From the NCBI GenBank assembly GCA_013812385.1, contig JACCTM010000492.1:1-28326 (forward strand): DNA of 28,326 bases, given 5' to 3'. The stretch comes from Geodermatophilaceae bacterium (lineage in GTDB: Bacteria; Actinomycetota; Actinomycetes; Mycobacteriales; Geodermatophilaceae). The translations under genes were made by a program, and so were the position numbers. A model generated the notes under the pieces. That model did not search any database and was not told the DNA's origin. It was given only the letters and a program-made list of their open reading frames with translations. This document shows positions 18,446-27,997 of this stretch, piece after piece; the first letter of the stretch is position 1, and the number at the start of each line of letters is the position of its first letter.

Positions 18446-18695
18446 CTCGTTCCTCGCGCTCAATCGACGATCGATCTCGGCGCGAGGACGAGCGTTGCGG
18501 CCATCCGGCCACCACACCCGCGGTACCACCTCGCTTGGCCCGCGGTTGCCTGTTCGGCGCGGCGGACCCGCTCTGGTCGTGCCGGCTGTGACGGGCCACT
18601 CCCGTCCGGTTCTACTGGGGCCTGTCGCATCGGTGCTGTGTTCTCGAACGGGCCTGTTCTTCCGGAGGCTCGCCGGTGATGGCCGGGTCGATGCC
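18446..18695 (-). ncRNA. Translational Ile T-box riboswitch (actinobacterial ileS type, ultrashort Stem I)
   Basis: On - strand: GGCATCGACCCGGCCATCACCGGCGAGCC Stem I with ATC specifier (18680-18678); AGAAC...CAGTAGAAC Stem II; CGGG-AGTGG-CCCG Stem IIA; T-box AAGCGAGGTGGTACCGCG (18536-18519); CTCGTCCTCGCGC (18492-18480) pairs with GCGCGAGGAACGAG (18459-18446), covering the SD. Confidence 0.95.
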
Positions 18696-18705
18696 TGTAC
18701 TGGCA

Positions 18706-18711
18706 AGGATA
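18706..18711 (-). promoter_or_regulatory. Probable -10 element (TATCCT) of the T-box/ileS transcript
   Basis: TANNNT hexamer 10 nt upstream of the Stem I start. Confidence 0.55.
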
Positions 18712-18835
18712 GTCGGATGGCAATCCGGATGGGCAGCCGCGGCCCGACCGGACAGGTGGGGTGCTCAGACCCCGCCGACCGTACGGGAGACTGCCGTATG
18801 GCCGCACCCCGTTTCTTTCGGTGCAAGCCGCGATC

Positions 18836-20347
18836 GTGAGCAGTGAGGACTTCGCGCCGGCCCTGTTGGTAGCGGCGGTCGTGGTGCTCGTGGGAGTGCT
18901 GGCCGTCCGCCTGGCCAGCCGTCTGGGCCTGCCCAGCCTGCTGATCTTTCTCGGTCTCGGTTTGGCTCTCGGGGAATCCGGCCTGGGTATCGAGTTCGAG
19001 AGCGCCGACCTGACCCAAGTTCTCGGGCTCACCGCGCTGGCGGTCATCCTCGCCGAGGGTGGGCTGACCACGCGCTGGACATCAGCGCGTGCGGTCCTGG
19101 GGCCCGGGGTCGTGCTGGCAACGCTAGGTGTGGCGGTCAGCGTGGTGCTCACGGGCGGGGTGGTGATGCTGGTCTTCGGGTTCGATCTGTCCACAGCTCT
19201 GCTCTTCGGCGCGGTAGTCAGCTCCACTGATGCAGCAGCGGTATTCGCGACTCTCCGTCGGCTTGGCCTACCGACCCGAGTATCCCGAACGCTGGAGTTG
19301 GAGAGCGGCTTCAACGACGCTCCGGCCGTATTGCTGGTCATCGCGCTGTCCGAGACGTTGGCTGACTCCGGGACCAGCTCGATCCCGGTGCTGATGGCGT
19401 TGATTGGTTACCAGCTGGTCGCCGGTGCGTTGATCGGCATCCTTATCGCCGTGGCCGGGGCGTGGCTCTTGCGCCGCAGCGCCCTACCAGTGTCAGGGCT
19501 CTATCCGCTGGCCACCGTCGCCCTGTGCCTGACCGCATATGCCACCGCCATCGTTGGGCATGCCTCCGGCTTCTTGGCGGTCTATGTCTGCGGTCTGGTT
19601 CTCGGAAACTCCAAGCTTCCGCACCGGGCGGCCACACTGGGCTTTGTCGAGGGTATGGCCTGGCTCGCCCAGATCGGTCTGTTCGTCCTGCTCGGGCTGC
19701 TGGCCAGCCCTAGCCGGCTACTCGGCGTTCTCGTCCCGGCGATTCTGGTCGGGTTGGCCCTGCTCCTGCTTGCCCGCCCGGTCGCGGTGGTGCTGTCGGT
19801 GAGCTGGTTCAAGGTCCCGTGGCGAGAACAGGCATTCCTGTCCTGGGCAGGTCTGCGCGGAGCGGTGCCGATCGTGTTCGCCACGATTCCGATCTCGGCT
19901 GAGGTTCCAGGCGCCGAGCGGGTCTTTGATTCGGTGTTCGTCCTGGTGGTGGTCTTCACCGCCATACAAGGCACGACCTTGCCCACGGTGGCGCGCTGGC
20001 TGGGTCTGTCGAACGTCCTACCTGAGCGTGAAGTCGACGTCGAGTCCTCGACGCTGGAGGCCCTCAACGCGGAGCTGTTGCAGCTCACCGTGCCTGCCGC
20101 CTCGCGACTGCACGGCGTGTACGTCTCCGAACTCAGGCTTCCACCGGACGCGGCGCTGACCCTGCTCGTACGCGACGGACATTCCTTCGTACCGGAGGCC
20201 TCGACCCGGCTCGTACGCGGCGATCAACTGCTCGTGGTCACCACCATCAGCTCGAGGGAAACCACCATGCGCCGGCTACGAGCGGTCAGCCGAGCCGGCC
20301 GATTGGCGCGCTGGCGCGGGGAGGGCGGGAGCCGGCTCGCCGAGTGA
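18836..20347 (+). CDS. cvrA: Potassium/proton antiporter, CPA1 family (CvrA/NhaP2-like) with C-terminal RCK_C domain, ~503 aa
   Basis: [50 protein letters not shown]; soluble C-terminal [12 protein letters not shown]...LVRDG. Start placed at GTG 18836 (uncertain). Confidence 0.88.
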   Translation: MSSEDFAPALLVAAVVVLVGVLAVRLASRLGLPSLLIFLGLGLALGESGLGIEFESADLTQVLGLTALAVILAEGGLTTRWTSARAVLGPGVVLATLGVAVSVVLTGGVVMLVFGFDLSTALLFGAVVSSTDAAAVFATLRRLGLPTRVSRTLELESGFNDAPAVLLVIALSETLADSGTSSIPVLMALIGYQLVAGALIGILIAVAGAWLLRRSALPVSGLYPLATVALCLTAYATAIVGHASGFLAVYVCGLVLGNSKLPHRAATLGFVEGMAWLAQIGLFVLLGLLASPSRLLGVLVPAILVGLALLLLARPVAVVLSVSWFKVPWREQAFLSWAGLRGAVPIVFATIPISAEVPGAERVFDSVFVLVVVFTAIQGTTLPTVARWLGLSNVLPEREVDVESSTLEALNAELLQLTVPAASRLHGVYVSELRLPPDAALTLLVRDGHSFVPEASTRLVRGDQLLVVTTISSRETTMRRLRAVSRAGRLARWRGEGGSRLAE

Positions 20348-20482
20348 CTCGCCACCGTCAACCGCCGATGGCTGCGGTGCGCCGCGTCATGTCAGAACAC
20401 CAGCGTCGACTAGGGTGGCACGCCACGTGCCGCCGAGGACAGCATCCTCGGTGGGTTGACCCAAATGATGGAGTGTGCCCGG

Positions 20483-21253
20483 GTGGCTGCAGCGAAGAAG
20501 GCACCTGCCAAGCAGGCTGCGCCTGCCAAGAAAGCCACATCGGCCACGAAATCACCAGCCACGAAGAAGCCGGCTACGAAGACACCGGCCACGAAGACAC
20601 CAGCCACCAAGAAGCCGGCCACCAAGACACCAGCGCGGAAGGCTGCCTCGACTGCCACGACGTCCACCCCGAGGCGAGTGCCGAAGAAAGCGGCCGAGAA
20701 ATCCACCGGGAAATCCGCACGAGTCACCAAACCGGCGGCCAACAACAACCACAACGGCACGGGGTCGGTACGCCCGACAGGTCCCCCCGCGAAGAAGAGG
20801 CCACCGACCAAGCCGGCGGCGAAAGCCGCTGCGACGAAGAAACCCCAAACAGCAACAGTCAGATCGGCCGTGGCTGACAAGCAGGTCACCGGCTGGCCGG
20901 CCAAAGAACTGCGGGCGGTGGGCAAGACGCTCGAAGCCGAACTACGGCAACTGCGCAGCGAGTACGAGGAAACGATGGTCACGCTCAACGACCTGCAACA
21001 GGCCGTGAGCGACAGTTCGGGCGATGATCAGGCTGACGCCGGCAGCAAGACCTTCGAGCGTGAGCACGAGATGTCCTTGGCCAACAACCGCCTGGACCTG
21101 ATCACCCAGATCGAGCATGCGCTGGCCCGCATCGCGGATGGCACCTATGGCCGGTGCGAGAGCTGTGGCGAGGTGATTGCCAAGGCTCGACTCCAGGCTT
21201 TCCCTGGCGCCACCTTGTGCCTGTCCTGCAAGCAGCGTGAAGAGCGGCGCTGA
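20483..21253 (+). CDS. TraR/DksA C4 zinc-finger protein with histone-like Lys/Ala/Pro/Thr-rich N-terminus (Streptomyces DdbA-type), ~256 aa
   Basis: AAKKAPAK/PATK repeats, then coiled coil with DQADAG tip and CESC...CLSC. GGAG SD 9 nt before GTG 20483; upstream ATGs (20465/20468) are alternative starts. Confidence 0.88.
   Translation: MAAAKKAPAKQAAPAKKATSATKSPATKKPATKTPATKTPATKKPATKTPARKAASTATTSTPRRVPKKAAEKSTGKSARVTKPAANNNHNGTGSVRPTGPPAKKRPPTKPAAKAAATKKPQTATVRSAVADKQVTGWPAKELRAVGKTLEAELRQLRSEYEETMVTLNDLQQAVSDSSGDDQADAGSKTFEREHEMSLANNRLDLITQIEHALARIADGTYGRCESCGEVIAKARLQAFPGATLCLSCKQREERR
20555..20629 (+). repeat. Five 15-nt coding repeats (PATKK/PATKT)
   Basis: CCAGCCACGAAGAAG CCGGCTACGAAGACA CCGGCCACGAAGACA CCAGCCACCAAGAAG CCGGCCACCAAGACA. 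Confidence 0.9.
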
Positions 21254-21296
21254 TCGAGCACCGGTCCTGCCGCCAGCGTGCAGGCAAGGCTGAGCC

Positions 21297-21863
21297 GTGA
21301 TCGAACCAGCAGAATCCGACAATGCCGACACGACTGCCGGTACTGATGAGCGCAGCGTCGCAGATCGCCCGCGTCGTCTCGGTCTGCTGCTCACCGTCGG
21401 CGGTGTCATCTTCGTGCTCGACCTGGCCAGCAAGCTCGCCGTGGTCGCGACGCTGTCCGACCGGCCCCCGGTGCGGCTGCTGGGAGGCTTCGTCTACCTC
21501 ACCGAGGCACGCAACACCGGAGCGGCGTTCGGCCTCGCTCAGGGGATGACCGTCGTGTTCACCATGGTGGCGGCCGGCGTGATCGTGGTGATCCTGCGGA
21601 CCGCGCCCAAGCTGCGCTCCACCGGTTGGGCCTGGGCGTTGGGCCTGGTCCTCGGCGGCGCGCTGGGCAATCTCGTGGATCGGATCTTTCGCTCGCCGGG
21701 GATCTTCCGGGGCGGGGTCGTGGACTTCATCAGTCTCCTTGACCCCGCGGGCCAGGTGTGGCCGATCTTCAACGTGGCAGATTCCGCGATCGTCTGCGGC
21801 GGGTTCCTCGGCGTCGTGATGGCCCTTCGCGGCCGGGACTTCGACGGGACTCGCACGCACTGA
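21297..21863 (+). CDS. lspA: Lipoprotein signal peptidase II
   Basis: [36 protein letters not shown]. Confidence 0.96.
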   Translation: MIEPAESDNADTTAGTDERSVADRPRRLGLLLTVGGVIFVLDLASKLAVVATLSDRPPVRLLGGFVYLTEARNTGAAFGLAQGMTVVFTMVAAGVIVVILRTAPKLRSTGWAWALGLVLGGALGNLVDRIFRSPGIFRGGVVDFISLLDPAGQVWPIFNVADSAIVCGGFLGVVMALRGRDFDGTRTH

Positions 21864-21922
21864 ATCTCGCTGGATCACCACGCGGCCACGTAACGTCAGC
21901 AGACTTCGGCAGACTGTCAACC

Positions 21923-22846
21923 GTGACCGAGTTGCGCGGCTTGCCCGTACCCGAAGGCCTGGCGGGTCTGCGGGTCGATGCGGCTCTGACCCGGTTGTTC
22001 GGTGTGTCCCGCACCACCGCCGCACAACTGGCCGACGCCGGAGACGTACGCGTGGAGGGTCGGGTTCGAGGCAAGGGCGACCGGTTGTCGGCCGGCATGT
22101 GGCTCGAGGTGATGTTGCCCGACCCAGTGGCCGCACCGGTACCGCCGGAGCCGGTGGACGGCCTGGCGGTTGTCTACGTCGACGACGAGATCCTTGTCGT
22201 CGACAAGCCCGTCGGTGTGGCCGCGCATCCCAGTCCCGGTTGGACCGGGCCTACTGTCACCGGCGGAGTGGCGGCAATGGGTTACGTGTTGGCCAGCAGC
22301 GGAGCCGAGGAGCGGCACGGCATCGTGCACCGCCTCGATGCGGGCACCACCGGCCTGATGGTCCTTGCCCGACGTGAGGCGGCCTATGTCTGGCTCAAGC
22401 GCGCTTTCAAGGAGCGCACCGTCGACAAGGGGTATCACGCGCTGGTTCAGGGCCATCCCGATCCGAGCACTGGCACCATCGACGCACCGATCGACCGCAA
22501 TCCCACTCATGATTGGCGATTCGCCGTCGTTGCCGGTGGCCGACCGTCGGTCACGCATTATTCGACGATCGAGGCATTTCCGGCGGCCAGTCTGCTCGAC
22601 ATCACGCTGGAAACCGGCCGCACACATCAGATCCGGGTGCACATGGCTGCGCTGCGCCACCCATGTGTGGGCGATGCGGTCTACGGCGCCGACCCGAAGC
22701 TCGCGGCCGGGCTCGGGCTGTCCCGCCAGTGGCTGCACGCCGTACGGCTCGGATTTGCCCATCCCGGAACGGGTGCGCCGGTGAGTTTCACCAGCCCGTA
22801 CCCGGCCGACCTCGCCGCTGCTCTGGAAACGTTGGCGCAGCGGTGA
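21923..22846 (+). CDS. rluD: RluA/RluD-family 23S rRNA pseudouridine synthase with S4 domain (307 aa)
   Basis: GLRVDAAL S4 start, [42 protein letters not shown]. Start reassigned to GTG 21923. Confidence 0.95.
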   Translation: MTELRGLPVPEGLAGLRVDAALTRLFGVSRTTAAQLADAGDVRVEGRVRGKGDRLSAGMWLEVMLPDPVAAPVPPEPVDGLAVVYVDDEILVVDKPVGVAAHPSPGWTGPTVTGGVAAMGYVLASSGAEERHGIVHRLDAGTTGLMVLARREAAYVWLKRAFKERTVDKGYHALVQGHPDPSTGTIDAPIDRNPTHDWRFAVVAGGRPSVTHYSTIEAFPAASLLDITLETGRTHQIRVHMAALRHPCVGDAVYGADPKLAAGLGLSRQWLHAVRLGFAHPGTGAPVSFTSPYPADLAAALETLAQR

Positions 22847-23697
22847 GCTGGCTGCCGGATTCGTTGGCCGATTTCGAGCCGGCCGCCCTTGCTGCGCTCA
22901 TGGTCGGGGCATACCTCGTCCTGGGTGAGCCGTTCGTGGGCTGGGTCCTGCATCGGCGCTTCGAGTCCGCAGTCGGAGTGGCCCCGGGCGCGCGCCGCTG
23001 GCTATACGGTCGGTTGCTGCTTCTGGAATGGGGCTTGGTGGCCATCGTGCTGGCCGTCAGCCTGGTCGCCGCGCGGGTCGGCTGGGCCGAACTGGGGGTG
23101 CGCTGGCCCGATCGGGTCGGGATCGTCAGTGTGGTTGTCGTGGTCGTCATCCTTGCCGTCACGGTGATCTCGGTGCGCGCTTTGCGCACCGGGGTGCTGC
23201 GCGAGGCTGGATCGGACTCGGCGGCGCTGCGCTCGGTGGGCTCGCTGCTTCCGCGTACGGACTCCGAGCGGCGACTGTTCGCGGCGGTCGCGGTGACCGC
23301 CGGGATCGGCGAGGAGGTCGTCTACCGCGGCTTCGGGATTGCCGTCCTCGCGGCACTGGCACCCGCACTGCCGTGGTGGGGTCTGGTCGCGGCGGCTGGT
23401 GCGGCGTTCGGACTGGCGCATGCCTATCAGGGTCCAGCCGGGATCCTGACCACCGGCCTGCTGGGCTCGGTGCTCGCGGCGGTCTATCTCGATACCGGCT
23501 CGGTGCTGCTGCCGGTCATGCTGCACGCGCTGATCGACCTGCGCTTCCTGGCCGTGCCGCCCGATGTCCTGCCCGGAGGGAGCACCCAGTCCGCACCGGC
23601 GAGTTCGGCCGCAGCTGACGTGCCTGCGCGCCCCGATGACCGCGGCGACCCTGGGCCACACGACACCCAGCCCATCGACTTCGGAAAACGCCCATGA
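22843..23697 (+). CDS. CPBP (Abi/type II CAAX-like) intramembrane glutamic endopeptidase, 284 aa
   Basis: [10 protein letters not shown] (EExxxR), FGLAHAYQG (FxxxH), HALID; multi-TM; GTGA overlap with rluD. Confidence 0.9.
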   Translation: MSWLPDSLADFEPAALAALMVGAYLVLGEPFVGWVLHRRFESAVGVAPGARRWLYGRLLLLEWGLVAIVLAVSLVAARVGWAELGVRWPDRVGIVSVVVVVVILAVTVISVRALRTGVLREAGSDSAALRSVGSLLPRTDSERRLFAAVAVTAGIGEEVVYRGFGIAVLAALAPALPWWGLVAAAGAAFGLAHAYQGPAGILTTGLLGSVLAAVYLDTGSVLLPVMLHALIDLRFLAVPPDVLPGGSTQSAPASSAAADVPARPDDRGDPGPHDTQPIDFGKRP

Positions 23698-24200
23698 CCG
23701 ATCTTCCCGACGAGGGCTGGCCAGGCGTCCTGCGCCTGGCTACCGATCGCGACGCGACGGCCGTGCGACAGTTGATCGGTGGCTGTTTCGTCGAGTACGA
23801 GGGATGCGTGCTCGACCCCGAAGGCATCGACGCCTGGATGGCGGCTCCGGCGAGTGCGTATGCGGACAAGGGCGGCCAGTTCTGGGTGCTGGCCGAGCCC
23901 GACACGGCGGCACTGATGGCCTGTGTGGGCTGGGGTCCGGACCGGCCGGGCCGGATCGAGCTGAAGAATCTCTACGTCGCCTCGACGGCACGCCGACGAG
24001 GGCTCGGCCGGCGCCTGGTGGCCCTGGTCGAGTCAGCCGCCCACGAGCATGGGGCCGGAGAAGTGATCCTGTGGAGTGACACCCGGTTTCTCGATGCCCA
24101 CCGTCTCTATGTCGGTCTGGGCTATCGGCGAACGGAGGCACCGCGGGCGCTGCACGACCCGTCGAACTCGATCGAGTACAAGTTCGTCAAGCGGCTCTGA
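23694..24200 (+). CDS. GNAT-family N-acetyltransferase
   Basis: LKNLYVASTARRRGLGRRLV acetyl-CoA motif, AHRLYVGLGY; ATGA overlap with the CPBP gene. Confidence 0.88.
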   Translation: MTDLPDEGWPGVLRLATDRDATAVRQLIGGCFVEYEGCVLDPEGIDAWMAAPASAYADKGGQFWVLAEPDTAALMACVGWGPDRPGRIELKNLYVASTARRRGLGRRLVALVESAAHEHGAGEVILWSDTRFLDAHRLYVGLGYRRTEAPRALHDPSNSIEYKFVKRL

Positions 24201-24360
24201 GCCCGAGCCGGTGCGCACCGGGCGAGAACCTGAGCGAGGGAGTGTCGGTCGCGTGGTCTACAAAGACAGGGCGCGACAATCACATCCACCCCGCACAGTC
24301 ATCTCCGCACCGAGCACTTTCCCTCTCGGTCCGATCGAGTGAAGGAGGTCATCGGCCGCG

Positions 24361-27300
24361 ATGGGTCGCTCGGATCAGTTCGTGCATCTGCACGTGCATA
24401 CCGAGTACTCCATGCTCGACGGCGCGGCCAAGCTGCCCGAGCTGTTCGCCGAGACCGCGCGGATGGGCATGCCTGCGATCGCGATGACCGACCATGGGAA
24501 CGTCTTCGGGGCCTACGACTTCCACCGTCAGGCCACCAAAGCCGGCATCAAGCCGATCATCGGAATGGAGGGCTACTACACCCCGGGGAGTCGATTCGAT
24601 CGGCAGCCGTTCGATTTCGGCGACTCGATGCTGGAGGAGCCAGGGGACGGCGGGTCAAACCGCGGCAAGTCTTCGTTCTGCCACATGACGATGCTGGCCA
24701 CCAGCACGGTCGGAATGCACAACCTGTTCCGCATCTCCTCGCTGGCCAGCCTGGAAGGGCAGTACCGCAAACCCCGCTTCGACCGGGACCTGCTCGAGCG
24801 CTACGGCAAGGATCTGATCGCGACCACCGGCTGCCCGTCCGGCGAGGTCAACATGTGGTTGCGGGCCGGCAAGTACGACAAGGCGCTGGCTGCTGCGGCG
24901 GATTTCCGGGACATCTTCGGCAAGGACAACTTCTACGTCGAGCTGATGGAGCACGGCCTGGAGATCGAGCGGGCCACCCGCAAGGACCTGCTCCAGATCG
25001 CCGACGAGCTCGCCCTGCCGTTGCTCGCGACCAACGACCTGCACTACACCCACCAGCACGACGCCCGTTCCCACGATGCCCTGTTGTGCATCCAAACCGG
25101 CGCGAAGCTGGCTGAGAGCAAGCGGTTCCGGTTCAACGGCGACGGGTATTACCTCAAGTCCCCGGCCGAGATGCGGGCGCTGTTCACCGAGCACCCGCAG
25201 GCTTGTGACAACACCCTTGTCGTCGCCGAGAAGTGCGCCGCGGTGGAGTTCGCCGAGGGTGTCGACCTGATGCCGAGGTTCGACGTACCCGTGGGGGAGT
25301 CCCAGGAGTCCTGGCTGGTCAAGGAGGTCGAACTCGGTCTGCACCGGCGTTATCCGGCCGGGATCAGCGACGGGGCCCGCACACGCGCGGACTACGAGTT
25401 GGGCGTGATCTGCCAGATGGGCTTTCCGGCCTACTTCCTGGTGGTCGCGGACTTCATCCGGTTCGCCCGCGACGCGGGCATCCGGGTGGGTCCCGGTCGC
25501 GGGTCGGCCGCGGGATCGATCGTGGCCTACGCCCTGCAGATCACCGATCTCTGCCCGTTGGAGCACGGCCTGCTCTTCGAGCGATTCCTCAACCCTGAGC
25601 GCGTGTCGATGCCCGACATCGACATCGACTTCGACGAGCGCCGGCGTGGTGAGGTCATCCGCTACGTGTCGGACAAGTACGGCGAGGACCGGGTCGCCCA
25701 GATCGTCACCTACGGCACGATCAAGGCCAAGGCGGCGATCAAGGATGCCTGCCGGGTGATGGACAAGCCGTTCACCCTCGGCGAGCAGCTCACCAAACTG
25801 ATGCCTTCCCCGGTGATGGGCAAGGACATGGCCCTGTCCGCTGTCTTCGACGAAACCGACGCTCGCTACCGCGAGGCCGCCGACTTCAGAAAGCGGTACG
25901 AGGAGGACGCGGAGGCCAAGGAGGTCGTCGACCAGGCACTGGGCCTGGAAGGTCTGAAGCGGCAATGGGGAGTGCACGCCGCCGGTGTCCTGATCGGCAG
26001 CCAGCCCCTGATCGACCTCATTCCGATCATGCGTCGCGAAGCCGACGGCGCGGTGATCACCCAGTTCGACTATCCGACCTGCGAGACCCTCGGCCTGCTC
26101 AAGATGGACTTCCTCGGGCTGCGAAATCTCACGATCCTCGACGACGCGGTCAACGCCATCGCCGCGGCCACCGGCCTCGTCCTCGACCTGGCCACGCTGC
26201 CCCTTGACGACCAGCCGACCTACGAACTGCTCAGCCGGGGCGACACCCTCGGCGTGTTCCAACTCGACGGCGGTCCGATGCGGGCTCTGCTGCGCTCGCT
26301 GCGACCGGATGCCTTCGTCGACATCGCAGCCGTCCTGGCGCTCTACCGGCCGGGTCCCATGGGGGCCAACGCGCACAACGACTACGCCGATCGGAAGAAC
26401 AATCGCCAGCAGGTCGGAGGAATCCATCCTGAGCTCGAGGATCCGCTGCGCGAGATCCTCGGCGAGACCTACGGGCTGATCGTCTTCCAGGAGCAGGTTC
26501 TGGCGATCGCCCAGCAGATCTCCGGCTTCACTCTTGGTGAGGCTGACCTGCTGCGTCGGGCGATGGGGAAGAAGAAGAAGTCCGAGCTGGATGCCCAGAA
26601 GGACAAATTCTTCACCGGTGGCACCGCGAACGGCTACTCCGAAGCGGCGATCCGGGCCCTTTGGGACATCCTGCTGCCCTTCTCCGACTACGCGTTCAAC
26701 AAGTCGCACACAGCCGCGTACGGATTGGTCTCGTACTGGACGGCCTACCTCAAGGCCAACCACCCGGCTGCCTACATGGCTGCGCTGCTCACGTCGATGC
26801 GTGACGACAAGGACCGGATGGCGGTCTATCTCGGCGAGTGCCGCCGGATGGGTGTCACCGTGCTGCCTCCGGACGTCAACTCCTCGTCGGCGGACTTCGC
26901 CCCGGCCGGAGGCGACATCCGGTTCGGACTCGGCGCGATCCGCAACGTCGGCCGCAACGTGGTGGCCTGCATCGAGCGGGCGCGCGAGGAGTCAGGTAAC
27001 TTCTCCAATTTTTTTGACTTCCTGCGCAAGGTCGATGCGGTCGTGTGCAACAAGAAGGTCCTCGAGTCCCTCATCAAGGCCGGCGCCTTTGATTCACTCG
27101 GCCACTCGCGCCAGGGACTCCTGACCGTGCACGCACAGGCGGTGGACATGGCCCTCGACGTGAAACGGGCCGAAGCGATCGGGCAGTTCGACCTCTTCGC
27201 CGACGCTCTGGATGGCGAGGGCTTGAACGCCGCGATGATGGACCTCCCGGTGCCGGCCGCCGACTGGGACAAGGGTGAACGACTGGCCTTCGAGCGGGAC

Positions 27301-27903
27301 ATGCTCGGCCTCTACGTCTCCGATCACCCGTTGCTCGGACTCGAACACATCCTGGCCAGCCATGCCGAGGTCAAGATCGCCGACATCCAGACCGGTCAGG
27401 TCGAGGACGGGGCCTTCGTCACGATCGCCGGCCTGCTGTCAGGCCTGACCCTGCGCACGACCAGGGCCGGCGCGCCAATGGCTTCGGCCAACCTCGAAGA
27501 CATGGGCGGCTCCATCGATCTGATGATTTTCCCGCAGACTTACACGAAGGTCAGTCTGGATCTTGCCAACGACGCCATTCTCACAATCCGCGGCCGGGTC
27601 GACCGGCGTGAGGATTCACCGAAGATCATCGTGCAGGACGTCGGCATTCCGGACATCAATCAGGCAGCGCGCGGGCCGGTGATGGTGTCGATGGCCGCGG
27701 CCAGATGCACGCCACCGATCGTCGCCCGGCTTCGCGAAGTGCTCGGAACCCATCCCGGCACAACCGAGGTTCGGCTGCGCCTGCTCAACGGTGGTCGTGA
27801 AACGGTGTTGCGCCTGGACAGTGGCCTGCGAGTGAGCCCGACGGCCTCGCTGATGGGCGAGATCAAGGCATTGTTAGGTCCGGCCAGTGTCGCTCTGATG
27901 TAG
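24361..27903 (+). CDS. dnaE: Replicative DNA polymerase III alpha subunit (DnaE1)
   Basis: FVHLHVHTEYSMLDG PHP start, GPGRGSAAGS, MPDIDIDFD, LKMDFLGL, YAFNKSH, C-terminal OB fold; AAGGAGG SD at 24342-24348; 1180 aa, no intein. Confidence 0.99.
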   Translation: MGRSDQFVHLHVHTEYSMLDGAAKLPELFAETARMGMPAIAMTDHGNVFGAYDFHRQATKAGIKPIIGMEGYYTPGSRFDRQPFDFGDSMLEEPGDGGSNRGKSSFCHMTMLATSTVGMHNLFRISSLASLEGQYRKPRFDRDLLERYGKDLIATTGCPSGEVNMWLRAGKYDKALAAAADFRDIFGKDNFYVELMEHGLEIERATRKDLLQIADELALPLLATNDLHYTHQHDARSHDALLCIQTGAKLAESKRFRFNGDGYYLKSPAEMRALFTEHPQACDNTLVVAEKCAAVEFAEGVDLMPRFDVPVGESQESWLVKEVELGLHRRYPAGISDGARTRADYELGVICQMGFPAYFLVVADFIRFARDAGIRVGPGRGSAAGSIVAYALQITDLCPLEHGLLFERFLNPERVSMPDIDIDFDERRRGEVIRYVSDKYGEDRVAQIVTYGTIKAKAAIKDACRVMDKPFTLGEQLTKLMPSPVMGKDMALSAVFDETDARYREAADFRKRYEEDAEAKEVVDQALGLEGLKRQWGVHAAGVLIGSQPLIDLIPIMRREADGAVITQFDYPTCETLGLLKMDFLGLRNLTILDDAVNAIAAATGLVLDLATLPLDDQPTYELLSRGDTLGVFQLDGGPMRALLRSLRPDAFVDIAAVLALYRPGPMGANAHNDYADRKNNRQQVGGIHPELEDPLREILGETYGLIVFQEQVLAIAQQISGFTLGEADLLRRAMGKKKKSELDAQKDKFFTGGTANGYSEAAIRALWDILLPFSDYAFNKSHTAAYGLVSYWTAYLKANHPAAYMAALLTSMRDDKDRMAVYLGECRRMGVTVLPPDVNSSSADFAPAGGDIRFGLGAIRNVGRNVVACIERAREESGNFSNFFDFLRKVDAVVCNKKVLESLIKAGAFDSLGHSRQGLLTVHAQAVDMALDVKRAEAIGQFDLFADALDGEGLNAAMMDLPVPAADWDKGERLAFERDMLGLYVSDHPLLGLEHILASHAEVKIADIQTGQVEDGAFVTIAGLLSGLTLRTTRAGAPMASANLEDMGGSIDLMIFPQTYTKVSLDLANDAILTIRGRVDRREDSPKIIVQDVGIPDINQAARGPVMVSMAAARCTPPIVARLREVLGTHPGTTEVRLRLLNGGRETVLRLDSGLRVSPTASLMGEIKALLGPASVALM

Positions 27904-27997
27904 CAATCTGGCCGAACTTGAACAACGACGTGATCAGGGCCCTACGATAATCTCTGGTCTCGCTCGGGAACCGCGAAAGAATAGGAAACCTCCAGTC

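Noticed and set aside
18714-18732. CGGATGG direct repeat just upstream of the ileS -10
   Set aside because: Only two 7-nt copies; no known or inferable regulator.
18434-19018. N-terminal extensions in the ORF track (ileS from 19018; also murD 1276, murG 3827, yggS 12320, rluD 21758, CPBP 22513)
   Set aside because: They overlap the T-box or upstream genes and have no family similarity; better starts with overlaps or SD exist.
24208-24221. Perfect 14-bp palindrome CCGGTGCGCACCGG after the GNAT stop
   Set aside because: Could be a weak terminator, but there is no U-tract or second copy; insufficient support.
26680-26712. Possible DnaE intein
   Set aside because: The usual insertion region (DYAFNKSH) is uninterrupted and the protein length is normal.
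24655-26763. 702-aa antisense ORF over dnaE (likewise 1588-3048, 10465-11487, 14254-15198 and others)
   Set aside because: Shadow ORFs expected from high-GC codon bias opposite real genes; no motifs recognised.
27874-27876. TTA codon near the dnaE 3' end (bldA-type control)
   Set aside because: Single codon in an essential gene, and no evidence the organism is a streptomycete.
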